From: Candidatus Odinarchaeota archaeon | GTDB taxonomy: Archaea > Asgardarchaeota > Odinarchaeia > Odinarchaeales > Odinarchaeaceae | Assembly (NCBI GenBank): GCA_038826135.1 | Contig: JAWBON010000023.1 | Location: 1 to 17,529 of the forward strand | DNA: 17,529 bases | Reading direction: 5' to 3' | Shown: positions 7,024-14,025 of the stretch, in pieces | How positions within the stretch are numbered: the first letter of the stretch is position 1 | Layout of the letters: every line of letters begins with the position of its first letter | Program-made: the position numbers and the translations under genes | The notes under the pieces: generated by a model | Told to the model about the DNA's origin: nothing | The model's database searches: none | The model's input: only the letters and a program-made list of their open reading frames with translations

Positions 7024-8659
7024 ATACATTCCGTTAAACAAATCAATATTCTATAAAACTGTGTCAATTTTTTCAGAGATAGAGAAAAAAGAGTTAACTT
7101 TAAGATTCATCCCGGAGGCTATACCCCCGCACACAAATATGAATATTATAATACTGCCTTTAATTAAAACCCCCCCACTTATATTGAATGAAGATGACCT
7201 TTACACATCCCTGGAATTTGAGTTAGCCCACTTTGTTTTTGGAACAGATTATAGTAAAGCTGAGCAATGGGCTAGAAAATACGGCGCTCTATCGGAAGCG
7301 GCTTTAACAGTTTGGAAAATATTAGAGGATCAAAGGGTTGAAAGCCTCTGGGGTAAACTATATAAGGGAAGTATGTTCCGGTTTAAACTCCGCCGGGAAC
7401 GGCTTATAACACGGGATGCGGTAAACCTTATTGAGGTTTTAACAGCGGCTAGGGCTAAAAGACTGGATCTTGTACCTGAAGCCTTACTAGAACACGCTAA
7501 CTATTTTCAAAACGCTCTTCGCGAAGTAGAATTATGCGGTCCTGAAGCCTCATTCATAGTCGCTGAACGTATAATAGCTGTTATAAAAACCTCATCTAAA
7601 ATAGAGGAGAAGATAAAAAGCGGTGAATTAAAAGAACAGGTTATTGAATATGTTTTAAAGGGTGTTGAGGGGCCCTCTAGCGAGCTGAAAGACGAGAACC
7701 TAGACGATATTAAAGAAGCGCTTCAAAAAGCTAGAGAAGAAGGATTGGAACGCATAAATGAGATAAGTCAAGCTCTTAGCAGAATAGAAAAAATTTCTAG
7801 AAAAAATAGGTATATCGAAGATAAATGCCAGGAGTCTACTGTAACACTTGACCCTATCCGAGAGGATATTGTAACAGCTAAAAAGTTTATTCAAGTATTT
7901 AAAAATATGATTTTTAAAAGACTATATGATCCTGATAATGAAGGCATCGAACTGGACATAGATGAATACGTTCAGTGGAGGTTAAACCCATATCAAGATA
8001 GGCATCTCTTCTTAGATGATGATAAAGAAAATCAGTTCACATGTACTGTCTTATTAGATCTAAGTCTAAGCATGAATCCTAGATACGGTTCATACTCCGA
8101 CTCTTATACCGCTGTAGGATTGAGTACTAAACTCGGACTGGCTAAAAGAGCTGCCACAGTTTTAGCTTTAGCGTTTAAAACCGTCCGCTCTGTAAAATTT
8201 AAAGTATACGGGTTCAGCGGTAACACTAATGATCTTATTGTTCTAGTCAGAGAGGCTGAAAATATTTTAGACATTCAGAAACTAGACTGCACACCAGGAT
8301 GGGCTTTAAGCCCTCTTCATCTAGCTATCAATGTGATAGCTGAGAGTCTTAGAAACATTAAAGGTAGACGACTATTGTTTATTATAACTGACGGTTTACC
8401 CGAAGCAATGCTCTACGGTAAAGCTGTTGAACAGGAATGGTTGATTAAATGGACCCGGGAGGCTGTTAAAAACGCTATTGAAAAAGGAATACAAGTATAT
8501 ACAATAATGATTGACCCTGACATAGACCAGGAGACAATGCATACAATGTTCGGGTCATCTGAAAGGTGGACGATACTTAGAGATAAAGATAAGCTGAGAG
8601 AAGTTATGTTAAAATATGTTGCTAAACATGTTGCTAAACTAATCCAGAAATCCATGTAG
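7004..8659 (+). CDS. VWA-domain protein, CbbO/NorD/CobT-like AAA+ partner
   Basis: C-terminal MIDAS LLDLSLSM (8057-8071) and LFIITDGLP; GIELDIDEY motif before the VWA domain; N-terminal FELAH...ILEDQRVE segment typical of CobT/NorD N-domains; 20-nt overlap with the ATPase. Confidence 0.88.
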   Translation: MTQRLAEYIPLNKSIFYKTVSIFSEIEKKELTLRFIPEAIPPHTNMNIIILPLIKTPPLILNEDDLYTSLEFELAHFVFGTDYSKAEQWARKYGALSEAALTVWKILEDQRVESLWGKLYKGSMFRFKLRRERLITRDAVNLIEVLTAARAKRLDLVPEALLEHANYFQNALREVELCGPEASFIVAERIIAVIKTSSKIEEKIKSGELKEQVIEYVLKGVEGPSSELKDENLDDIKEALQKAREEGLERINEISQALSRIEKISRKNRYIEDKCQESTVTLDPIREDIVTAKKFIQVFKNMIFKRLYDPDNEGIELDIDEYVQWRLNPYQDRHLFLDDDKENQFTCTVLLDLSLSMNPRYGSYSDSYTAVGLSTKLGLAKRAATVLALAFKTVRSVKFKVYGFSGNTNDLIVLVREAENILDIQKLDCTPGWALSPLHLAINVIAESLRNIKGRRLLFIITDGLPEAMLYGKAVEQEWLIKWTREAVKNAIEKGIQVYTIMIDPDIDQETMHTMFGSSERWTILRDKDKLREVMLKYVAKHVAKLIQKSM

Positions 8660-8664
8660 AAAAC

Positions 8665-9315
8665 TTAGAATTTAAAGGCTGAAGGGCATAAATTATTAAT
8701 CACACATTTATCACAACCAGGATTCCTCGCAGTACACACAGCACGACCATGAGCTTGAAGCAAATGTGCTATATGCCCCCAGTCAGCCCGCGGCACCGCA
8801 TCCATAAGATCCAGCTCGATTTTTTCAGGGTCATCACTGCCACTTACACCCAGCCGCTGAGCCAGCCTTTTCACATGCGTGTCCACAGCTATGCCTTCAA
8901 CAATCCCGTAGCCGTCTGTTAAAACAATATTCGCTGTTTTACGAGCCACTCCTGGGAGACTTGTAAGATCCTCCATTTTATCTGGGACTCGACCGTTAAA
9001 TTTTTCAACAATAATCTGAGACGCCCTCTTAATGTTTCTAGCCTTATTCTTATAAAACCCGGTTGAATGAATAATATCCTCCAGCTCATTAATATCCGCG
9101 CTTGCAAGCTCAGCTGGCGAAGAATATTTTTTGAAAAGAACCTCAGTTACTTTATTAACCTGGTCGTCTGTGCATTGAGCTGATAGAATAGTGGCTATAA
9201 GCAGCTGAAATGGATTATGAAACCGGAGTTTTATCCTCGCCCCAGGGTAAGCTGTTTTAAGAAGATGAAGCATTTCACCGAATCTTACACGTGCATTCAA
9301 TCCAATCACTCCCAT
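8665..9315 (-). CDS. nth: Endonuclease III (HhH-GPD DNA glycosylase/AP lyase)
   Basis: LLIATILSAQCTD, HhH motif LPGVARKTAN, IAVDTHV, and the 4Fe-4S motif CTARNPGCDKCVINNLC. The exact start is uncertain (ATG 9315 or TTG 9300). Confidence 0.96.
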   Translation of the reverse strand: MGVIGLNARVRFGEMLHLLKTAYPGARIKLRFHNPFQLLIATILSAQCTDDQVNKVTEVLFKKYSSPAELASADINELEDIIHSTGFYKNKARNIKRASQIIVEKFNGRVPDKMEDLTSLPGVARKTANIVLTDGYGIVEGIAVDTHVKRLAQRLGVSGSDDPEKIELDLMDAVPRADWGHIAHLLQAHGRAVCTARNPGCDKCVINNLCPSAFKF

Positions 9316-9317
9316 AA

Positions 9318-9337
9318 TTTAATAACTTGTTATTAAA
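9318..9337. promoter_or_regulatory. Perfect 9-bp inverted repeat TTTAATAAC-TT-GTTATTAAA in a 34-nt divergent gap
   Basis: Arms at 9318-9326 and 9329-9337 are exact reverse complements; each arm resembles a TATA box. Confidence 0.5.
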
Positions 9338-9349
9338 ATAATAAACTCT

Positions 9350-9619
9350 ATGAAACATCATATAAACAGTGTTATCAGCACTACTATTAAAGAATTTAAT
9401 AAATATACGGGTGCTGAGATTCAAGCTAAATTAATCTCCTCGGATAAAAACACTTTTACAATAAGATTCTATGGATCATTCTGTTACACATGTGGTTTAA
9501 TAGACTATTTTGAAGACTTCAAACTCCTGTTACAGGAGAAAACGGGTCTAAAATTTAAAATACAAGATTATAAGGAAACCGATCAGGATACATACCTAGT
9601 AAAATACTCCCTCCTATAA
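9350..9619 (+). CDS. Small archaeal hypothetical protein with a CxxC motif (NifU-C-like pattern)
   Basis: 89 aa; EFNKYTGAEIQAK...IRFYGSFCYTCGLIDYFEDF resembles an uncharacterised archaeal family recognised from memory. Confidence 0.8.
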   Translation: MKHHINSVISTTIKEFNKYTGAEIQAKLISSDKNTFTIRFYGSFCYTCGLIDYFEDFKLLLQEKTGLKFKIQDYKETDQDTYLVKYSLL

Positions 9620-9666
9620 TACTATTATAAATGAAAAACGCATGTAATGATTCCACGAGTACAATG

Positions 9667-9680
9667 TTAAAAATTTTTAA
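9667..9680. terminator. Palindrome TTAAAAATTTTTAA between convergent genes; possible bidirectional T-tract terminator
   Basis: Perfect 14-bp palindrome giving a T5 tract on each strand between the stops at 9619 and 9685. Confidence 0.35.
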
Positions 9681-9684
9681 ACTT

Positions 9685-9963
9685 TTAGAAAAGGTATAGA
9701 ACCCCATCCGCTTCTAAAATGTTCGCCGGCTTCACTTCTCTAATACACTTATCTAAATCCTCCTCCGGCTTAACTCCAGTTCTAATACAAGCTGGCAAGT
9801 ACTCTCCACCCCCACCTCTAATAAATCTGATTGTGCAAAGCCATTGTTTAGGTGGCGAAGTGGAAAATACTCTCTTAAGCATGTGCCTTTCTACCAGATA
9901 TCTCTCTAACTCCTTTAAAGCCATAGATCTGGCTGAGCAAAATCCACAATCCACATCACTCAT
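9685..9963 (-). CDS. Hypothetical protein with an N-terminal CGFC motif
   Basis: 92 aa; strong SD GGTGA just upstream on the minus strand (TCACC at 9968-9972); five Cys; no family recognised. Confidence 0.72.
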   Translation of the reverse strand: MSDVDCGFCSARSMALKELERYLVERHMLKRVFSTSPPKQWLCTIRFIRGGGGEYLPACIRTGVKPEEDLDKCIREVKPANILEADGVLYLF

Positions 9964-10048
9964 TTAATCACCGTCATCCTAAACTATAATTAGACAGTAT
10001 GACTATAATAATCTTCTAAAAATATTATTCCATGGCAGGCTATGTAAA

Positions 10049-11827
10049 ATGGAGAATGACAATCTTCTAAACGAGGCGAATCTGTTATTTAAACAAGAAA
10101 AATACAAGGATTTAATCAATTTATATGAAAGCCTGCAGTCGCTAGATAATTTAGATTACCGTCACTTCAAAATTTTAGCAGTAAGTTATCTTCAGACGTT
10201 TCAATACAATGAGGCTTTAAAAACATTCGATGAATGTATTAAAAGATACCCTCGCATAGAGGAGCGGGATCAACTTATAGTTGAACCATTATACCTATTC
10301 GCGCATAAGCTTCTTAAAAACCGGCAGTATGAAGACTTTGAAAAAGCTAGAAAACTCCTTTTAACTTTTAACCCCGATTACTATTTTTTTAGAAGCATGA
10401 TCTGGAAGCTGAAAAGCTTCAGAGACATGGATAGGCGCGGAAACTTCGATAACGCTATAACTATGATAAATCACGTGCTTGAGGGTGAAAAATACCTTAG
10501 ATCAGATATTGAAAGGGAGAGGGAGCGTGAAAGCTGGGAGGAGAAGTGCTTTGATCACCTGCAAAGAGCGCTCGAAATATCAGGCGGGTTACCATTCATA
10601 CTTGAAGAGCTGGGTTTATTCACCCTGATGATATTAGACTTCGAAGAATCTGAGAAATATCTCAGCAAAGCATATGCTATGAACCCTGGAAGCGAAACTA
10701 TAAGATATCACTTAGGCTTTTTAAACGAGAAAAAAGGAGTATATGAAGATGCTATAAAATACTATAAAGAAGCCTTAGAAATAGACCCATCCTACACGTT
10801 ATGTGACAGACATATTAACGTTTGCAGAGCTAAAATTTTATTATCATCCGCTCTTAGCGATCATAGAAGAGGGGCATATGAAGAAGCGATAAAAAAATAC
10901 CGGGAAAGCATTCAATTAAATCCGGAGGACCGTGAAGCTGTAAATAAGATGAAAATAGCTGTTAAACAGAATATAAACAAGTGTATTTCAGAGGTTAAAG
11001 AATATATTCAAAATCATAAATTGCTAGAAGCTGAAAAACTCCTTTCCAAGCTTATGGATGAGTATCCCGGTGACAGTGATGTAAAAGACATGTACTATAA
11101 ACTCGCTGAGAGCACTCACCAACAGGACATTAATAGGCAGATAATTTTAAACAGGGAGCGGGAGCGCGATGAAAGTCTCATACTAATAACTGCGCTTGAA
11201 ATATTAAGAGATAAGAGCGTCGCCGCCGAGAATAAGTTAAACTTAATAACCGGCGAACTCTCCAAGCTTTCGGAACAACAGCAGCTTAAAATTCTCGAAA
11301 GCCTCCGTATGATAGAAGCCTCAGCTAACGACGTTGGAAAGAGACTGGATCAATTATTATGCACTGAACTAGATAGAATCAACTGCACCTCAAGCTGTTT
11401 CATACCAGCTTTAATTGAAACTAATATACCTGTAGACTTATGGTTAACTGTAGATTTAAACAGTAAAATAAAACAAGTTGTTAAAAAATATAATAGATGG
11501 GTTGAAGGCATTCCCACCGTTATAAAATATGATTTAACTAGTAATCTGTTAACGCAAGCCTCTGGTTTAATACCGGTAAAAGCTATTCTTTTAATCGATA
11601 AAAAAGCTGATGGGCCTGCGGCTTATCAAATATGGCTTAGCTCAGAAGGCCAGTTACTTCTCTTAAAGGCGAGCAGCTATACTGAAACCCGTAATTTACC
11701 GAATACTATAATAGGTGAATGGATTTTCACGCCGGAGAAGGCGGCTCTCCATAACCGGCTTATACAACTCCACCGTTATGAAATAAAAACTGTCATAGAT
11801 GGATTAATTGAAAAGTCTACCAGTTAA
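10049..11827 (+). CDS. Tetratricopeptide-repeat protein with an unassigned C-terminal domain
   Basis: About 5-6 TPR-like units, e.g. LAVSYLQTFQYNEALKTFDECIKRYP, HLGFLNEKKGVYEDAIKYYKEALEIDP and YEEAIKKYRESIQLNP. Confidence 0.85.
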   Translation: MENDNLLNEANLLFKQEKYKDLINLYESLQSLDNLDYRHFKILAVSYLQTFQYNEALKTFDECIKRYPRIEERDQLIVEPLYLFAHKLLKNRQYEDFEKARKLLLTFNPDYYFFRSMIWKLKSFRDMDRRGNFDNAITMINHVLEGEKYLRSDIERERERESWEEKCFDHLQRALEISGGLPFILEELGLFTLMILDFEESEKYLSKAYAMNPGSETIRYHLGFLNEKKGVYEDAIKYYKEALEIDPSYTLCDRHINVCRAKILLSSALSDHRRGAYEEAIKKYRESIQLNPEDREAVNKMKIAVKQNINKCISEVKEYIQNHKLLEAEKLLSKLMDEYPGDSDVKDMYYKLAESTHQQDINRQIILNRERERDESLILITALEILRDKSVAAENKLNLITGELSKLSEQQQLKILESLRMIEASANDVGKRLDQLLCTELDRINCTSSCFIPALIETNIPVDLWLTVDLNSKIKQVVKKYNRWVEGIPTVIKYDLTSNLLTQASGLIPVKAILLIDKKADGPAAYQIWLSSEGQLLLLKASSYTETRNLPNTIIGEWIFTPEKAALHNRLIQLHRYEIKTVIDGLIEKSTS

Positions 11828-12291
11828 TCCTCACATTTACTATAATCCTCTCGAACCTGTTCATAGTATGCCTCACTAGAAATCCCCCAGTCACCAGGTT
11901 CGCTTCCAAGATGTTTAAGTGTTTTCAAGGCAATAAAATACACTGATGTTTCACCGCTTCTATTAAGCTCGTGCACCGCGTCTTTTCTTAACACTCTCAC
12001 CCCGTAGTCTTTAACTATACTTATAAGGGATCCAACACTATCCGGATCACCTATCGAATAAAGTATTCTTATAAGTGTGAATTTTAAAAAATTATGTTTA
12101 ATCCCCGGCAGCATTTTACATATCGCCTCAGCTGATGGTTTACCTATTCTAGCTAACGCCATCATTGCTTTTCCAGCTATAACCTGATTCTTATCAATGT
12201 TAGCGGCAAGATAATTTAATAGCCCATATACGTCTTTCTTCTTAAGCATTCTAGATATTTTCAAGTGCGTGAAGATGCTGAGCAACCTCAT
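11824..12291 (-). CDS. HEAT-repeat (PBS-lyase-like) protein (alternative GTG start at 12297)
   Basis: KKKDVYGLLNYL N-cap, then AMMALARIGKPSAEAICKML and LIRILYSIGDPDSVGSLISIV HEAT-like units; stop overlaps the TPR gene stop; TTATAA box at 12335-12340. Confidence 0.75.
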   Translation of the reverse strand: MRLLSIFTHLKISRMLKKKDVYGLLNYLAANIDKNQVIAGKAMMALARIGKPSAEAICKMLPGIKHNFLKFTLIRILYSIGDPDSVGSLISIVKDYGVRVLRKDAVHELNRSGETSVYFIALKTLKHLGSEPGDWGISSEAYYEQVREDYSKCED

Positions 12292-12365
12292 TCCCACCTT
12301 ACTGAAAGCCTATTTGAAAATGGTTCAACCTCACTTATAAGATGTTGCCATCCATATTAGATAAA

Positions 12366-12373
12366 TTTATATT
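12366..12373 (+). promoter_or_regulatory. TATA box for the queT transcript
   Basis: TTTATATT with a purine-rich upstream BRE-like run; standard spacing predicts a transcription start near 12393-12397, where the GC-rich element begins. Confidence 0.55.
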
Positions 12374-12392
12374 TACTAATAGTATAATTATT

Positions 12393-12446
12393 CGGTGCGG
12401 GTGGAGCCTCCCTCCGTTCCGCGTAATAAACCCCGGCTGGGAGATT
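12393..12446 (+). ncRNA. Structured GC-rich 5' leader of queT; candidate cis-regulatory RNA (riboswitch-like)
   Basis: 35 of 51 nt are G/C in 12393-12443, versus 2 of 32 immediately upstream. Stem GCGGGUGGAG/CUCCGUUCCGC with loop CCUCC; the loop is complementary to the SD GGGAG at 12439-12443. Confidence 0.5.
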
Positions 12447-12971
12447 ATGAATAAGACTCTCATGATTTCTCTAACAGCTGTTTTCGCTTCGCTTTACGCT
12501 GCAGGAGTTATTTTACTAGCACCTATATCTTACGGCGAGATCCAGGTTAGAGTAATAGATTGCTTGATACCTCTCTCGGCTGTTCTCGGTCTCCCAGTCG
12601 TTTTTGGCGTAACTTTAGGAAACATAGTTGCAAACATATTCGGCGGCCTTGGGGTGGTGGACATAGTTGGCGGAACAATAGCTAATTTTATAGCCTCTTT
12701 AACAGTGCTTTATATAAACAGAGAAAAAACAGTTTTAGAGAATTCGAAAACAATGTTCGCGGTAACCTACGCTTCCACTCTTTTAGCCACAGTTATAATA
12801 ACTTTAATAGTCGGATCCTATCTGGCTGTAATCTTTTCCGTGCCTATTACAGTAATGATGCTGAGCATATTCTTAGGCTCATTTATATCGATCACAATAT
12901 TAGGCGGTTCTATTATAATTCTACTTCGAAAAGCTGAGCCTTTTAAAACCATTTCAAAACAGGTAAGTTAG
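12447..12971 (+). CDS. queT: QueT-family (COG4708) membrane protein, putative 7-deazaguanine precursor transporter; real start ATG 12447 rather than TTG 12342
   Basis: FASLYA...LAPISYGEIQVRV..L...GVTLGNIVAN..G.LG.VDIVGG matches the QueT signature; multiple hydrophobic helices; SD GGGAG directly upstream of ATG 12447. Confidence 0.85.
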   Translation: MNKTLMISLTAVFASLYAAGVILLAPISYGEIQVRVIDCLIPLSAVLGLPVVFGVTLGNIVANIFGGLGVVDIVGGTIANFIASLTVLYINREKTVLENSKTMFAVTYASTLLATVIITLIVGSYLAVIFSVPITVMMLSIFLGSFISITILGGSIIILLRKAEPFKTISKQVS

Positions 12972-13993
12972 CTTTCAGCATATAATATAACCTTCAAAGA
13001 CTCATCGCTGGAAGCAGCTATCTTGAAACCCTTCTGAGCTTCCTTTAATGGTAGTCTATGGGTTATCATATCGACGACGTTAATTCTTTTACTCTTAATA
13101 AGCTGCAGCGCCTTATATAAGTCGCTTGGAGCGGCTGCGTACGACATTTTAACAGTCACATCATCCCGCCACAGTCTATTTATATCTACAGTTATACGTG
13201 TCTCCGGAGGTGGGACTGCATAAAACAATATCACTCCGCCTTTATCTATTAATTCGAACGCCTGTTCAGCCGCCTGCACGGCTCCTGTTGAAACAATCAC
13301 TCTATCAATTAATTCCCCGTTATTCAGCTTCCTTATGTTATCAACTGTTGCCTCTTTAGGCGTAATCGCGTAATCGGCTCCAAACCTTAATGCCGCGTTT
13401 CTCCTAAACTCCCTGTTATTCGTCGCTATTATATTTCCAGCCCCTAGCATTCTTGCAAGCTGGATGTGGAGTATACCCGATACTCCGCAACCCATGACAA
13501 GTATCGACTGGCCTTTTCTTATATCAATCAACTCCTGACTTCTGATAACGCAGCCTAAAGGCTCTATGAAAACACCTTCATCATAGCTGACTGAGTCAGG
13601 TAGTATGAAAACACCTCTATCAACATTTATAGCCGGTATTCGGATATATTCAGCAAACCCGCCTGGATCATAGTTAGTGGTGTGAAGTGTTCGGCATGCT
13701 GTGTGATTACCGTAAAAACAGTATTTACATGAATTGCATGGTACATGATGTGATACAAACACCCTCTGCCCTACACTGAATTTTTTAACCCCCGCTCCGA
13801 CTTTCACAATCTCCCCCGTCATCTCATGCCCTAGCACACGCGGTGCTGTTTTTATCCTATACCACTCCATAACATCGCTGCCGCATATACCACAGGAGTG
13901 CATTTTAACGAGGATTTCTTTATCAGTAATCTCCGGTATAGGCCTCTGCTCTATTCTAACGTCATTATTATTATAGTATACTGCTGCGAGCAT
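12968..13993 (-). CDS. Zinc-dependent medium-chain dehydrogenase (sorbitol/threonine dehydrogenase-like)
   Basis: Catalytic Zn motifs CGICGSD and GHE, structural Zn motif CNSCKYCFYGNHTAC, NAD motif GCGVSG; substrate not determinable. Confidence 0.92.
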   Translation of the reverse strand: MLAAVYYNNNDVRIEQRPIPEITDKEILVKMHSCGICGSDVMEWYRIKTAPRVLGHEMTGEIVKVGAGVKKFSVGQRVFVSHHVPCNSCKYCFYGNHTACRTLHTTNYDPGGFAEYIRIPAINVDRGVFILPDSVSYDEGVFIEPLGCVIRSQELIDIRKGQSILVMGCGVSGILHIQLARMLGAGNIIATNNREFRRNAALRFGADYAITPKEATVDNIRKLNNGELIDRVIVSTGAVQAAEQAFELIDKGGVILFYAVPPPETRITVDINRLWRDDVTVKMSYAAAPSDLYKALQLIKSKRINVVDMITHRLPLKEAQKGFKIAASSDESLKVILYAES

Positions 13994-14025
13994 ACAGGTC
14001 CATCCAAAAATTTGAGGAGAATAAG

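Noticed and set aside
6858-9107. Short ORFs 6858-7067, 7700-7894, 8413-8655 and 8919-9107
   Set aside because: They overlap the ATPase, VWA or nth genes (antisense or alternate frame) and have no recognisable features.
9719-9967. Plus-strand 82-aa ORF
   Set aside because: It is antisense to the 92-aa ORF that has a clear GGTGA SD; it is Ser/Pro-rich and shadow-like.
10032-10070. 12-codon out-of-frame ORF overlapping the TPR start (MAGYVKWRMTIF)
   Set aside because: No SD or other support; such overlaps are expected by chance.
10010-10071. 11-nt direct repeat AATCTTCTAAA at 10010-10020 and 10061-10071
   Set aside because: Only two copies, one inside coding sequence; too short and AT-rich for a CRISPR repeat or target-site duplication.
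12393-12443. GC-rich island read as a tRNA, tRNA fragment or C/D box sRNA
   Set aside because: Too short for a cloverleaf, no TTCRA T-loop in a stem context, and no RUGAUGA/CUGA boxes.
12342-12446. 35-codon N-terminal extension of QueT from TTG 12342
   Set aside because: It would start upstream of the TATA box at 12366, has no SD and does not resemble QueT; ATG 12447 has an SD and begins the first helix. It remains a formal alternative explanation for the GC-rich segment.
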